Source: an uncultured Chloroflexia bacterium (GTDB taxonomy: Bacteria; Chloroflexota; Dehalococcoidia; DSTF01; JALHUB01). Taken from it: a stretch of DNA of 64,000 nucleotides. Where the stretch lies: NCBI GenBank assembly GCA_963726245.1, contig CAVSBT010000015.1:224001-288000 (forward strand), given 5' to 3'. The notes beneath the pieces were generated by a model. That model did not search any database. It was not told the DNA's origin and worked only from the letters and a program-made list of their open reading frames with translations. Positions within the stretch are counted from its first letter, which is position 1, and the number at the start of each line of letters is the position of its first letter. This document shows positions 29,050 through 39,145 of the stretch, one piece after another. The translations under genes were made by a program, and so were the position numbers.

Positions 29050-30387
29050 ATGTACGGAACCCTCGCCATTGCTCCCAGGTCTATCCAGGACCTCGCGTCC
29101 ACCGTCGGCGATGAAGACCTCGCCGAACTCGCCCGCCTGGCCAGGCCCCTGCGCGGCCTCCGCATCCTCAACCTCAGCGTCACAGCCTTCGGCACCGGCG
29201 TGGCTGAACTGCTGAGCGCCTCCGTCCCCCTGATGACGGACCTGGGCCTGGACTGCCGGTGGCAGGTGGTGCGCACCAGCGAGGAGTTCAACCCCGTCAA
29301 CAGGGCCATGTACATGGCCCTGGGCGGCCGCCACGTCGACTGGTCTCTGGAGATGGTCGACGCCTGGCAGCGCTACAACGCCATGAACGCCGGCCTCCTG
29401 ACAGAGGACTTCGACGTGGTGGTGGTCCACGACCCTCAGCCCGCCGGCATCCGCTCCTTTGTCGATGAGCGCCGGCGCGCCGCCACCCGCTGGATCATGC
29501 ACTGTCACCTGGACGTCTCCAGCGCCCAGGAGGATGTCTGGCTCCTCCTCCGCCAGCACATCGAGGCCTACGACGCCATCATCTTCGAGACGGCGAGCTT
29601 CGCCAGGAGCGGCGTGCAGGCGCTCGGCATCGAGGTCATCCGTCCTGCTATCGACCCCGCCGGACCCCGGAACATGGGCCTGTCGCCGGAGTCTGTGGCA
29701 GCCATCGCGGAGCGCTACGGAATCGATACGCGGCGGCCTCTCCTCTGCCAGCTATCGCCCCTGGACGAGAGCTGCGACCCCATGGGGGCCATCGACGTCT
29801 ACGACCTGGCGCGAGAGGCGGTCCCCGACCTCCAGCTCCTGCTGGTGGCGACGGTGGTGCCCGAGGAGCCCCTGGCCCGCGCCAGCTTCGATGAGGTGGC
29901 CGGAAGGGCCATGGACTACAGCGGCGTCTCCGTCCTCTCCAGCCTCAACGAGGTCGGCAACGTGGAGATGAACGCTTTCCAGCGGGCGGCGGACGTGATT
30001 ATCCAGAAAGACCTGCGCCGGGGCTTCGGGCTCTGGATCTCCGATGCCCTCTGGAAGGAAAGGCCGGTGGTGGCTGCGCCGCGAACCGGCCTCCTGGAGC
30101 AGGTCGTCGACGGACAGACCGGATTCCTTGCCGAGAGCACCGAGGAGTTCAGCGGCCGCGTCGTCGCCCTCCTTCAGGACCGCGGCCTGGCGGCGAGACT
30201 GGGCGCCGGCGGCCGCCGTCACGTGCGAGAGAACTTGCTTATCACCCGATACCTCGCCGATTATCTGCGCCTGCTGGGCCGCGCTCACCGGGGCCTCGAG
30301 CTAGCGCCGAAGAGAGAAGAGCAGGATGCTTGGTTCCGTCCCCACCACACCGAAGTCGCTCCAGGACTACGTGCCTGTAATCGGTGA
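29050..30387 (+). CDS. TreT-like GT-B glycosyltransferase paralog with degenerate catalytic motifs
   Basis: VHDPQP, HCHLD, PAIDP, NAFQRAAD and LITRYLADYL are retained; donor-binding motifs are altered. Confidence 0.8.
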   Translation: MYGTLAIAPRSIQDLASTVGDEDLAELARLARPLRGLRILNLSVTAFGTGVAELLSASVPLMTDLGLDCRWQVVRTSEEFNPVNRAMYMALGGRHVDWSLEMVDAWQRYNAMNAGLLTEDFDVVVVHDPQPAGIRSFVDERRRAATRWIMHCHLDVSSAQEDVWLLLRQHIEAYDAIIFETASFARSGVQALGIEVIRPAIDPAGPRNMGLSPESVAAIAERYGIDTRRPLLCQLSPLDESCDPMGAIDVYDLAREAVPDLQLLLVATVVPEEPLARASFDEVAGRAMDYSGVSVLSSLNEVGNVEMNAFQRAADVIIQKDLRRGFGLWISDALWKERPVVAAPRTGLLEQVVDGQTGFLAESTEEFSGRVVALLQDRGLAARLGAGGRRHVRENLLITRYLADYLRLLGRAHRGLELAPKREEQDAWFRPHHTEVAPGLRACNR

Positions 30388-31627
30388 GGAGTTCGTCAGG
30401 GAGATCCGGGACCTGGCGGCTCCTCTCGCGGGCGCCCGCGTGCTCCACATCAACGCCACGGCCTTCGGCGGCGGCGTGGCCGAGCTCCTCGGCTCGCTGG
30501 TCCCCCTCATGAACGACGCCGGCCTGCGCGCCGACTGGCAGGTGATGAAGGGCAGCGACGAGTTCTACCAGGTCACCAAGGCCATGCACAACTCGCTCCA
30601 GGGCATGCTCATCGACTGGACGCCGCACATGCGGGAGGTCTGGCTCCACAACAACCTTCTCAACGCCCAGCTTTTCGACGAAGACTACGACTTCGTGTTG
30701 GTGCATGATCCACAGCCGGCGGCCATACTGAGCTTCATCGCCGAGCTACGGCGGCGCCACCCCGCCGGCCACTGGCTCTGGCGCTGCCACATCGACCTGA
30801 CACATGCCCAAGTTCAGGTGTGGGACACCCTCCGCCCCTACCTGGAGGGCTACGATGCCGCCATCTTTACCCTGGCAGATTATGTAAAGGAAGACCTGGG
30901 TGGCCCGCGGACGTTTGTCGTGCCGCCGGCCATCGACCCGCTGAGTCCGAAGAACGGAGATCTGCCGGAGGACGTGCAGCAGAGCATCCTCGCCCGCTAC
31001 GGCATCGATCCGGCCAAGCCCCTTCTCGTCCAGGTCTCCCGCTTCGACCCCTGGAAGGACCCCCTGGGCGTCATCGAGGTCTACCGCGCCATCAAGCGCG
31101 AGGTGCCCGACCTCCATCTGGTGCTTATAGCGTCTATGGCCCATGATGACCCCGAGGGCTGGGCGTGGTATGAACGCACTGTGCGCCGGGCCGGCGATGA
31201 CTACGACATCCATATCCTCTCCAACCTCAACGGCGTGGGGAACGTGGAGGTCAACGCCTTCCAGCGGGCAGCGGACGTGGTCATCCAGAAATCGGTGAGG
31301 GAGGGCTTCGGGCTGGTCGTGTCAGAGGCTCTCTGGAAGGGCCGGCCGGTGGTCGCCGGCAACGTCGGCGGCATTCCCCTTCAGATAGTGAACGGGAAGA
31401 CCGGCTACCTGGTGAGTACAGTCGAGGAGTGCGCCCAGAAGGTGCTATCCTTACTCAGGGACCCTGAGAAGGCGCACCAGATGGGAAGCGCTGGCCGGGA
31501 GTTCGTGCGGGACAACTTCCTCATCACCCGCTACCTGCGGGATTACCTGCGCATCTTCCGCGAGTTGAGGGGCATCGAGCCACTGCGCAAGGAGGGCGCC
31601 GCCACGGCAGCCCGAGTGCTGGAGTAG
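30326..31627 (+). CDS. treT: Trehalose glycosyltransferring synthase (GT4)
   Basis: GGGVAE, VHDPQP, WRCHID, QVSRFDPWKDP, QKSVREGFGLVVSEALWK. Confidence 0.87.
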   Translation: MLGSVPTTPKSLQDYVPVIGEEFVREIRDLAAPLAGARVLHINATAFGGGVAELLGSLVPLMNDAGLRADWQVMKGSDEFYQVTKAMHNSLQGMLIDWTPHMREVWLHNNLLNAQLFDEDYDFVLVHDPQPAAILSFIAELRRRHPAGHWLWRCHIDLTHAQVQVWDTLRPYLEGYDAAIFTLADYVKEDLGGPRTFVVPPAIDPLSPKNGDLPEDVQQSILARYGIDPAKPLLVQVSRFDPWKDPLGVIEVYRAIKREVPDLHLVLIASMAHDDPEGWAWYERTVRRAGDDYDIHILSNLNGVGNVEVNAFQRAADVVIQKSVREGFGLVVSEALWKGRPVVAGNVGGIPLQIVNGKTGYLVSTVEECAQKVLSLLRDPEKAHQMGSAGREFVRDNFLITRYLRDYLRIFRELRGIEPLRKEGAATAARVLE

Positions 31628-31630
31628 GGG

Positions 31631-32926
31631 GTGGTTTCGGTGAAGAGGGTAATTGGCCTCGTCCTGGCCGGAGGCCAGGGGGACCGGCTCAGCGTCCTCT
31701 CGGAGGAGAGGGCTAAACCGGCCGTTGTCTTCGGCGGCCACTACCGCATCATCGATTTCTCGCTCAGCAACTGCGCCAACTCCGGGATCACCCGGGTAGG
31801 CGTCCTCACCCAGTACCGGCCCCGCTCCCTGAACCAGCACATCGCCATCGGCCGTCCCTGGGACCTGGACCGGCAGGGCGGCGGCGTAACCTTGCTCCAG
31901 CCCTACCTCGGTCGGGAAAGCTCTGATTGGTACCGCGGCACCGCCGACGCCGTTTACCAGAACCTCTACTACATCGAGGAGTCGCGCGCCGACCAGGTCC
32001 TCATCCTGGCCGGCGACCACGTCTACAAGATGAACTACGACAAGCTTATCGCCTTCCACCGAGAGAACGAGGCGGACGTCACCGTCGCCGTTCACAGCAT
32101 GAGTCCCGAGGAGGCCAGCCGCTTCGGCAACGTGGTCCTGGACAAGGCCGACCGCGTGGTGAGCTTCCACGAGAAGCCCCGGGCGCCCGTGTCCAGCCTC
32201 GGCTCCATGGGCATCTACGTCTTCAACAAGGACACCCTTATCGAGCATCTTCTATCCGACGCGCAACGTATCGAAAGCTCCCACGACTTCGGCCGCGACA
32301 TCGTTCCCGGCTTGATGGAGGAGATGCGGGTCTTCGGCTACCGATTCGAGGGCTACTGGCGGGACGTGGGTACCATTGAGGCCTACTACGACGCCAACAT
32401 GGACTTGCTGGAAGACCTGCCCGAGCTGAACCTCTACGACCAGGAGACGCCCATCCAGACCAACGCCACCGGCCTGCCGCCCGCCAAGGTGGGACGCCAC
32501 TCCTACGTCAGCCGCTCACTGGCCAGTGCGGGCTGCATCATCAACGGCCAGGTGGAGCACTCCGTCCTCTCCCCCGGCGTCTACGTGGAGGAGGGCGCGG
32601 TGGTGCGCGATTCCATTGTCTTCAACGGCACCTACATCCAGTCCGGCGCCATCGTCGAGCGCTCCGTTCTAGACAAGGAGGTCCAGATAGGCAACAATTG
32701 CCACGTGGGGTTCGGGGACGACTTCCAGCCCAACGAGGAACGGCCCGACATCGTCAACTGCGGGATCAGCATCATCGGCAAGAGAGTCAAGTTGCCGCCA
32801 TTCCTGCGTGTGGGCCGCAACTGCGTCATCGGGCCGGGCGTGGTCGTCACGGGTGCCGAGGACAACTACCTTCCCAGTGGCACCACCTTGCGGGCGCCGC
32901 ACCGGGAGGGCATTTTCAACGTCTAG
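31631..32926 (+). CDS. glgC: Glucose-1-phosphate adenylyltransferase
   Basis: LAGGQGDRL, RAKPAV, GTADAVYQN, DFGRDI, YWRDVGT. Confidence 0.93.
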   Translation: MVSVKRVIGLVLAGGQGDRLSVLSEERAKPAVVFGGHYRIIDFSLSNCANSGITRVGVLTQYRPRSLNQHIAIGRPWDLDRQGGGVTLLQPYLGRESSDWYRGTADAVYQNLYYIEESRADQVLILAGDHVYKMNYDKLIAFHRENEADVTVAVHSMSPEEASRFGNVVLDKADRVVSFHEKPRAPVSSLGSMGIYVFNKDTLIEHLLSDAQRIESSHDFGRDIVPGLMEEMRVFGYRFEGYWRDVGTIEAYYDANMDLLEDLPELNLYDQETPIQTNATGLPPAKVGRHSYVSRSLASAGCIINGQVEHSVLSPGVYVEEGAVVRDSIVFNGTYIQSGAIVERSVLDKEVQIGNNCHVGFGDDFQPNEERPDIVNCGISIIGKRVKLPPFLRVGRNCVIGPGVVVTGAEDNYLPSGTTLRAPHREGIFNV

Positions 32927-32965
32927 CGACGCTAAAGGCAGCACGGTTGTACGTTAAGTAGAAAG

Positions 32966-34664
32966 GTGATGATGCATAAAGGCGCGTTTACGTTCGTTCT
33001 CCACAGTCACCTCCCCTACTGTCGCCGCGCCGGCCGCTGGCCCCACGGCGAGGAGTGGCTCCACGAGGGAGCCGCAGACACCTACCTGCCCCTCCTGATC
33101 GCCCTTCACGACCTGGCCGACGAGGGCTGCCCCTACCGTCTCACCATAGGCCTCACACCCGTCCTCTGCGAGCAACTGGCCGACGCCCACGTGCTCGAGA
33201 ACCTGGAGATGTACCTCCGGGAGCGCCTGGAGCGGGCGCAGTGGCACGCCGGACATCTGGACCAGCAGGGTGACCTGGCCCGCTCCGAACTGGCCCGCTT
33301 CTACGCGGCACGCTACGCCTTCCTTCTCGACACCTTTATCAACCGCTTCGGGCGCCAGATAGTGGAACCCTTCCATCGCTTGCAGGAGCTGGATCGGATC
33401 GAGATAACGGCCGGCGCCGCCACCCACGGCTACCTGCCCCTGCATGGAGCGGGACTCTGCCATCCATGCCCAGGTCGCTGTAGGCGTGCAAAGCTATAGG
33501 CGACATTTCGGCAAGAGTCCCAGCTCCTTCTGGCTACCGGAGTGCGCCTATCGCCCCACCTATGCCACCGAGTTCGGGCGCGGTTATGTAAAGCCAGGCC
33601 TCCACGAGTTCCTCGCCAGGCAGGGGCTCCTCTGCTTCTTCGCCGAAACACATGCCATCGAGGGCGGCCTACCCGTAGGCAAGGCCATCGGCGACGCCAT
33701 GGGCCCCTACGGCGACATCCCCCGCCGCTATCTCGTGCCCATGGGTCAGTACCCGGAACCCACTTTCAAGACCACCTACCTGCCCTACTGGGTCTCCGAC
33801 CCGCGGGTGGCTGCCATAGGGCGCAACAACCGCACCGGCCTCCAGGTCTGGTCCGCCGAGCACGGCTACCCCGGTGACTTTCACTACCGCGAATTCCACA
33901 AGAAGGACGGCGAATCCGGCCTCCACTACTGGAAGGTGAGCGGGGCGAAGGTCGACCTTGGGTACAAAGAGCTGTACAACCCGGCACGGGCTCAGGAGCG
34001 TATGCACGACCACGCCCGCCACTTCGCCACGCTTGTCGAGGACCTGGTGCGCGAATTCCACGCCGGAAGCGGCGTGTTCGGCATCGTCTCCGCCGCCTAC
34101 GACACGGAGCTCTTCGGCCACTGGTGGTTTGAGGGGGTCGACTGGCTAAGGGAAGTGCTGCGCATCCTCTCTCGAAGCGAGGACGTGGAGTTGACCACCG
34201 CCTCGCGACATCTGCGGCAGCACCCCCCCGAGGACGTGCTCGCTCTGCCTGAGAGCTCCTGGGGGCAGGCCGGTAACCACTTCACTTGGATGAACGCCGA
34301 GACTGAGTGGGTATGGCCCATTATCCGCGAGGCGCAGCTACGCATGGAGAGCCTCGTGGCGCGCCACCCTCAGGCCTCGGGGCCCGTGGCCGGCGCCCTC
34401 AACCAGGCCGGGCGCGAGCTTCTCCTGCTGGAGTCCAGCGATTGGCCGTTCCTGATCACCACCTGGCAGGCACGCGACTACGCCACCAACCGCTTCCAGG
34501 ACCACCTGGAGCGATTCCACCGCCTGGCGGATATGGCGGAGCATCAGCAGGTGGACGAAGGGCTGGTGGCCGAGTACTTCGACCTGGACAACGTATTCCC
34601 GGACCTTGACTACCATGATTTCGCCGATCGAGAGCGTGTGAACGAGCGCGCCTCAGTCACTTAG
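32966..34664 (+). CDS. GH57 1,4-alpha-glucan branching enzyme (indel near 33442)
   Basis: HSHLPY, ATHGYLPL, FWLPECAY, YDTELFGHWWFEG, ESSDWPF. Confidence 0.88.
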
Positions 34665-34705
34665 AGGGGGGAAGGCCCCTCCGCGAGCGCGAAGGAACCA
34701 CAGGC

Positions 34706-36022
34706 ATGTCAGTAATCTATTGGGCGCCCCTCCTGCACTACTATCAGCCGCCCCTCCAGATCTACGAGGTGCTGGCCAAGGTAGTGAACGAGTCGTACCG
34801 GCCGCTGCTGGAGGTGCTGGAGGAGAACCCTCACGCCAAACTCACCGTCAACATCAATGCTGTCCTGACCGAGCTCCTCTGGGAGCACGGCTTCCAAGAC
34901 GTCGTTGAGCGGCTGAAGGTTCTGGCTCAACGAGACCAGATCGAGTTCACGGGGTCCGCCAAGTACCACGCCATCTTGCCACTGATCCCGCAGTACGAGA
35001 TGCGGCGGCAGATCCGGCGTAATCACCTCACCAATCGCTACTTCTTCGGCGACCTCTATGATCCGCAGGGCTTCTTCCCGCCCGAGATGTGCTACAGCCC
35101 GCAAGTGCTGGAGCCTGTGCTGGATGGCGGTCACCGCTGGCTCATCGTAAGCGGCGTGGCCTGCCCGGTGAGCTGGCCGATGAACGTCATCCATCAGATC
35201 GGCTTGGACGGTGACGTCCTGCCCGTGCTCTTCCGCGACGACATCCTCAGCAACAAGATCAGCTTCCAAGGCATCGACGGCCAGGGCTTCGTCGAACACC
35301 TGCGACAGCTCAAGGCGCCCGCCGGCAAGGACTGTTACGTGGTGACGGCGATGGACGCCGAGACCTTCGGCCACCACATTGAGAACTGGGACCGCCTCTT
35401 CCTGGCCGAGGCCTACGAATCTATTCTGCCCGGGAGCGGCGCCTACGAAGAGGTCCAGGAGGCCCAGCCGCTGGCTGCCGGCCACCGCCGCCTGGTCGCC
35501 ATGCCCCAGGAGCCCTCCCTGGGAGAGGTGCGCATCGTCACCATCAGCGAGCTTCTGGGCCTCTTCCCCACCGGCCAGAAGATTCAGCCCTACCTCTCTT
35601 CCTGGAGCACCACCACCGACGACCTGAAGGCCGGCAACTACTACCCGCTGTGGAAGGACCCGGCCAACAACCTCCACCGCCTCCAATGGGGACACACTGA
35701 GATCGCCCTGAGTCTGGTGCGGAAAGCGGGGGAGGTAGCCGACAACGAGGCCAGCCAGCGACACGCCCAGATCGCGCGCGGTCTCCTGGACCCGGCTCTC
35801 CATAGCTGCCAGTACTGGTGGGCGAGCCAGCGCCCCCACTGGGACGTCAACATGATTAACCGCGGCCTGGGCCAGCAGGAGGAGGTCATCCTCAATGCCT
35901 TCCGGGCCATCAATCTTAGCGGCGTCGAGGAGGCGGTGAAGCGGGAGGCCTACTATCACGTGGTAGCCGCTCGCGACACCTGCAGCAAGATCCGCGACCA
36001 GCTATTCTGGGACAAGATCTGA
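34706..36022 (+). CDS. GH57 family glycoside hydrolase
   Basis: HYYQPP, HAILPL, FFPPEM, AMDAETFGHH, HSCQYWW. Confidence 0.82.
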   Translation: MSVIYWAPLLHYYQPPLQIYEVLAKVVNESYRPLLEVLEENPHAKLTVNINAVLTELLWEHGFQDVVERLKVLAQRDQIEFTGSAKYHAILPLIPQYEMRRQIRRNHLTNRYFFGDLYDPQGFFPPEMCYSPQVLEPVLDGGHRWLIVSGVACPVSWPMNVIHQIGLDGDVLPVLFRDDILSNKISFQGIDGQGFVEHLRQLKAPAGKDCYVVTAMDAETFGHHIENWDRLFLAEAYESILPGSGAYEEVQEAQPLAAGHRRLVAMPQEPSLGEVRIVTISELLGLFPTGQKIQPYLSSWSTTTDDLKAGNYYPLWKDPANNLHRLQWGHTEIALSLVRKAGEVADNEASQRHAQIARGLLDPALHSCQYWWASQRPHWDVNMINRGLGQQEEVILNAFRAINLSGVEEAVKREAYYHVVAARDTCSKIRDQLFWDKI

Positions 36023-36037
36023 GGCTGTCCTGAGCCT

Positions 36038-38308
36038 ATGGGCCAGATCAAGCTCGGCCTCGCCATTCACAACCACCAGCCGGTCGGCAACTACCCCTTC
36101 GTCTTCGAGCAGGTCTACCACGACGCCTACCTCCCATTCTTGGAGGCCCTGGAGCGTCACCCGAAGGTGCGGGTATCTCTGCACAATAGCGGCTGCCTGC
36201 TAGACTGGCTCCTGCCCAATCGACCGGAGTACGTCGAGCGACTGGCCGCCCTCTGCGCCCGCGGCCAAGTGGAGGTGATGACCGGGGGCTATTACGAGCC
36301 CATCCTGCCCATGATCCCGGAGAGCGACAAGCTCGGGCAGATCGGCAAGCTCTCCCAGACGGTAGAGCGGCTCTTCGGACAGAAGCCTACCGGCTTGTGG
36401 CTGACAGAGCGCGTCTGGGAGCCGCACCTGCCGGCGCCTCTGGCCCGCGCCGGCGTTCGCTGGACGCTGGTGGACGACAGCCACTTTCTGCGGCTGGGCA
36501 TGGCCGAGTCCGATCTGGACGGCTACTTCATCACCGAGGAAGATGGCCTGCCCCTGAAGGTCTACCCAGGCAGCCAGTTCCTGCGCTACGCCATCCCCTG
36601 GAAGACTGTCGAAGACGTCATCGAGTACCTGCGGGGCCAGGCGTCGGACGAGCCCGGACGCATCATCATCCTTGGCGACGACGGCGAGAAGTTCGGAGGC
36701 TGGCCCACTACCTACGCCCACTGCTGGGAGAAGGGCTGGATGGATGACTTCTTCACGGCCTTAGAAGAGAACGCGGACTGGCTAAAGATGATAACGCTCG
36801 GGGAGCACGCCGAGCGCTACCCAGCCCGCGGCATCGTCTACCTGCCCACTGCCTCCTACTCGGAGATGATGGAGTGGGCCATGCCCACTACGGCTCGCGT
36901 CGAGTTCGCCCGCTTGACACGGGAGGCCAAGGATTCCGACCGCGAAGACCTGCTGCGCTACCTCCAATCCGGCTTCTGGCGCTACTTCCTGGTCAAGTAC
37001 CCGGAGGCCAACGCCATGCACAAGCGTATGCTGCGAGTGCATCGAAAAGTGGACGAGGCTGCGACACGAGGCGATGCCTCGGCGGCCCGCGATGCGCTCT
37101 GGAGCGGACAGTGCAACTGCCCCTACTGGCACGGCGTCTTCGGGGGCCTCTACCTGCGCCACATCCGCTGGGCCACGCACCGCCAGCTCATCGCTGCCGA
37201 GCGGCAGGCCGACCATCTCCTTCACCGCAGGGCCGGCTGGCTGGTGGCCCGCCGCGAGGACCTGGACTATGACGGCCAGCCGGAGGTGCTGGTTCAGACC
37301 GCGGACCTCTCCCTCTGCTTTCACCCCCACCTGGGCGGCATGCTGTCGGAGTGGGACGTGCGCCGCCACGACTGGAACCTCCTCAACGTCCTCAGTCGCC
37401 GCCGTGAGGCCTACCACGAACCGCTGTTGGAGGCGGAGGCCGACTCCGACCCCCGCCAGCTCGCTGGCGACGACTCCGGAGCCGTGCGCTCCATCCACGA
37501 CGAGCTGGCGGCCAAAGAGCCCGGCCTGGCGGCGATCCTGGCCTTCGATCCGCATCGTCGCGGCGGCCTCCAGGAGCAGCTCCTGCCGCCGGAGGCCTCC
37601 TTACCCGACTACGCTTCCGGCGCCTTCGCGCGGGACGGCGACTTTCTTCTCGGCCCGTGGCAGGCTTCGGTGGAGCGGACGAATGAGGGCGCAACGGTGC
37701 GACTGGACCGTCGCGGTCACCTCACATTGGGAGAGCAGTCGTTCCCGCTGCACCTGGAGAAGGCGCTGACGGTGCAGCGTCGCGGTCAGCAGGTGGCGGT
37801 GCGCTACCGGGTGAAGAATGAGGGTGGGGAGGTGTCTTTCCTCCTCGCCAGCGAGTGGAACGTGAACACCATTCAGGCCCCGGACGGCGACGACCGCATC
37901 CAGACGCTTCGCGTGAAGGCCAAGAAGCGCTCCCTGGCAGAGAGCGGCCAGGCGGAGAAAGTTCGGCGGGCGGCGGTGGTCGGTAGCGCCGGCGTGGCTC
38001 TCACCGCCGAACTGGCTCAGCCCTGCACCCTGTGGCACTTCCCGGTGGAGAGCGTCTCCAACTCGGAAGGAGGACTGGAGAGGGTGAACCAGGGTACCTG
38101 CCTGGCCTTCCTCTTCCCGCTCCACCTGAAGCCGGGCGAGAGCCGCGAGGTCTCCTTCACCTGGACAATCGAGGAGGAGAAGGAAGTGACGAAGAGGGCC
38201 GCTTCTCGGCGGGCAGGCACGGCGGCCCGCCCTTCGACCCTTCGACGAGCTCGGGGTGCGACAAGCCCAAGGCGGCCAGCACCCCGAGGGGCTGGCAGAG
38301 GGCGATAG
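36038..38308 (+). CDS. GH57 4-alpha-glucanotransferase / alpha-amylase
   Basis: HNHQPVGN, LWLTERVWEP, DDGEKFGGWP, QCNCPYWHGVFGG, SNSEGGLE. Confidence 0.9.
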   Translation: MGQIKLGLAIHNHQPVGNYPFVFEQVYHDAYLPFLEALERHPKVRVSLHNSGCLLDWLLPNRPEYVERLAALCARGQVEVMTGGYYEPILPMIPESDKLGQIGKLSQTVERLFGQKPTGLWLTERVWEPHLPAPLARAGVRWTLVDDSHFLRLGMAESDLDGYFITEEDGLPLKVYPGSQFLRYAIPWKTVEDVIEYLRGQASDEPGRIIILGDDGEKFGGWPTTYAHCWEKGWMDDFFTALEENADWLKMITLGEHAERYPARGIVYLPTASYSEMMEWAMPTTARVEFARLTREAKDSDREDLLRYLQSGFWRYFLVKYPEANAMHKRMLRVHRKVDEAATRGDASAARDALWSGQCNCPYWHGVFGGLYLRHIRWATHRQLIAAERQADHLLHRRAGWLVARREDLDYDGQPEVLVQTADLSLCFHPHLGGMLSEWDVRRHDWNLLNVLSRRREAYHEPLLEAEADSDPRQLAGDDSGAVRSIHDELAAKEPGLAAILAFDPHRRGGLQEQLLPPEASLPDYASGAFARDGDFLLGPWQASVERTNEGATVRLDRRGHLTLGEQSFPLHLEKALTVQRRGQQVAVRYRVKNEGGEVSFLLASEWNVNTIQAPDGDDRIQTLRVKAKKRSLAESGQAEKVRRAAVVGSAGVALTAELAQPCTLWHFPVESVSNSEGGLERVNQGTCLAFLFPLHLKPGESREVSFTWTIEEEKEVTKRAASRRAGTAARPSTLRRARGATSPRRPAPRGAGRGR

Positions 38309-38317
38309 GGAGGACTC

Positions 38318-39127
38318 ATGCCCAAGGCCCTGGCAAATGGCATCCGCATCTACTATGAGGTCTACGGGAAGGGAGAGCCTATCCTGCTCATCATGGGTAT
38401 GGGGGGCAGCGCCCTGAACTGGCAGAGCCAGACCCCCACCCTTTCTCAGCACCTGCGCGTTCTCGCCTATGACAACCGTGACACCGGCCGCAGCGACAAG
38501 ATGGATGCCGAGTACTCCCTGGCCGATATGGCCGATGACGCCGCCGGCCTGCTGGACCACCTGAGCATGGAGTCCGCCCACATCTACGGCGTGTCCATGG
38601 GCGGCATGATCGCGCAAGAGCTGGTCTTGCGCCACCCGAATCGCGTGCGCACCCTCATCCTGGGCTGCACCAGCCCCTGCCTGTCGGCCATGCCCCCTTC
38701 CGAGAAGGCGGAGCGCGACATGGCCGCGGCGGGCGAGCTCCCGCTCCGGGAGGCCTTCGAGCGCACCGCCTGGACCGGTTACAGCGACAGCTACTTCGCT
38801 GCCCACAAGGACGACCTGTGGCTGCGTGTCCAGGCGGAGGCGGGACTGGAGCCTCCGCTCGAGGCCTGGCAACGTCAATACGCCGCCGTAACGATATTCG
38901 ACGCGAGGGACCGGCTGGGGCATATCCGCGCCCCAACTCTGGTCATGACGGGGGACGACGACCCCGTGGTGCGACCCGCCAACTCCCGCGTCCTCGCGGA
39001 GCAGATCGCGGGCGCCGAACTCGTCGTCTTCCAGGGAGGCCGCCACGCCTTCAACGTCGAGTTCGAAGAGGAAAGCAACAGCGCCGTCCTCGACTTTATC
39101 AGGCGCCACAACAGCGCAGCCCTTTAG
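38318..39127 (+). CDS. Alpha/beta fold hydrolase
   Basis: DNRDTGRS, GVSMGG nucleophile elbow, GDDD, GRH. Confidence 0.9.
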   Translation: MPKALANGIRIYYEVYGKGEPILLIMGMGGSALNWQSQTPTLSQHLRVLAYDNRDTGRSDKMDAEYSLADMADDAAGLLDHLSMESAHIYGVSMGGMIAQELVLRHPNRVRTLILGCTSPCLSAMPPSEKAERDMAAAGELPLREAFERTAWTGYSDSYFAAHKDDLWLRVQAEAGLEPPLEAWQRQYAAVTIFDARDRLGHIRAPTLVMTGDDDPVVRPANSRVLAEQIAGAELVVFQGGRHAFNVEFEEESNSAVLDFIRRHNSAAL

Positions 39128-39145
39128 CGCTAGGGAGGAAAGACC

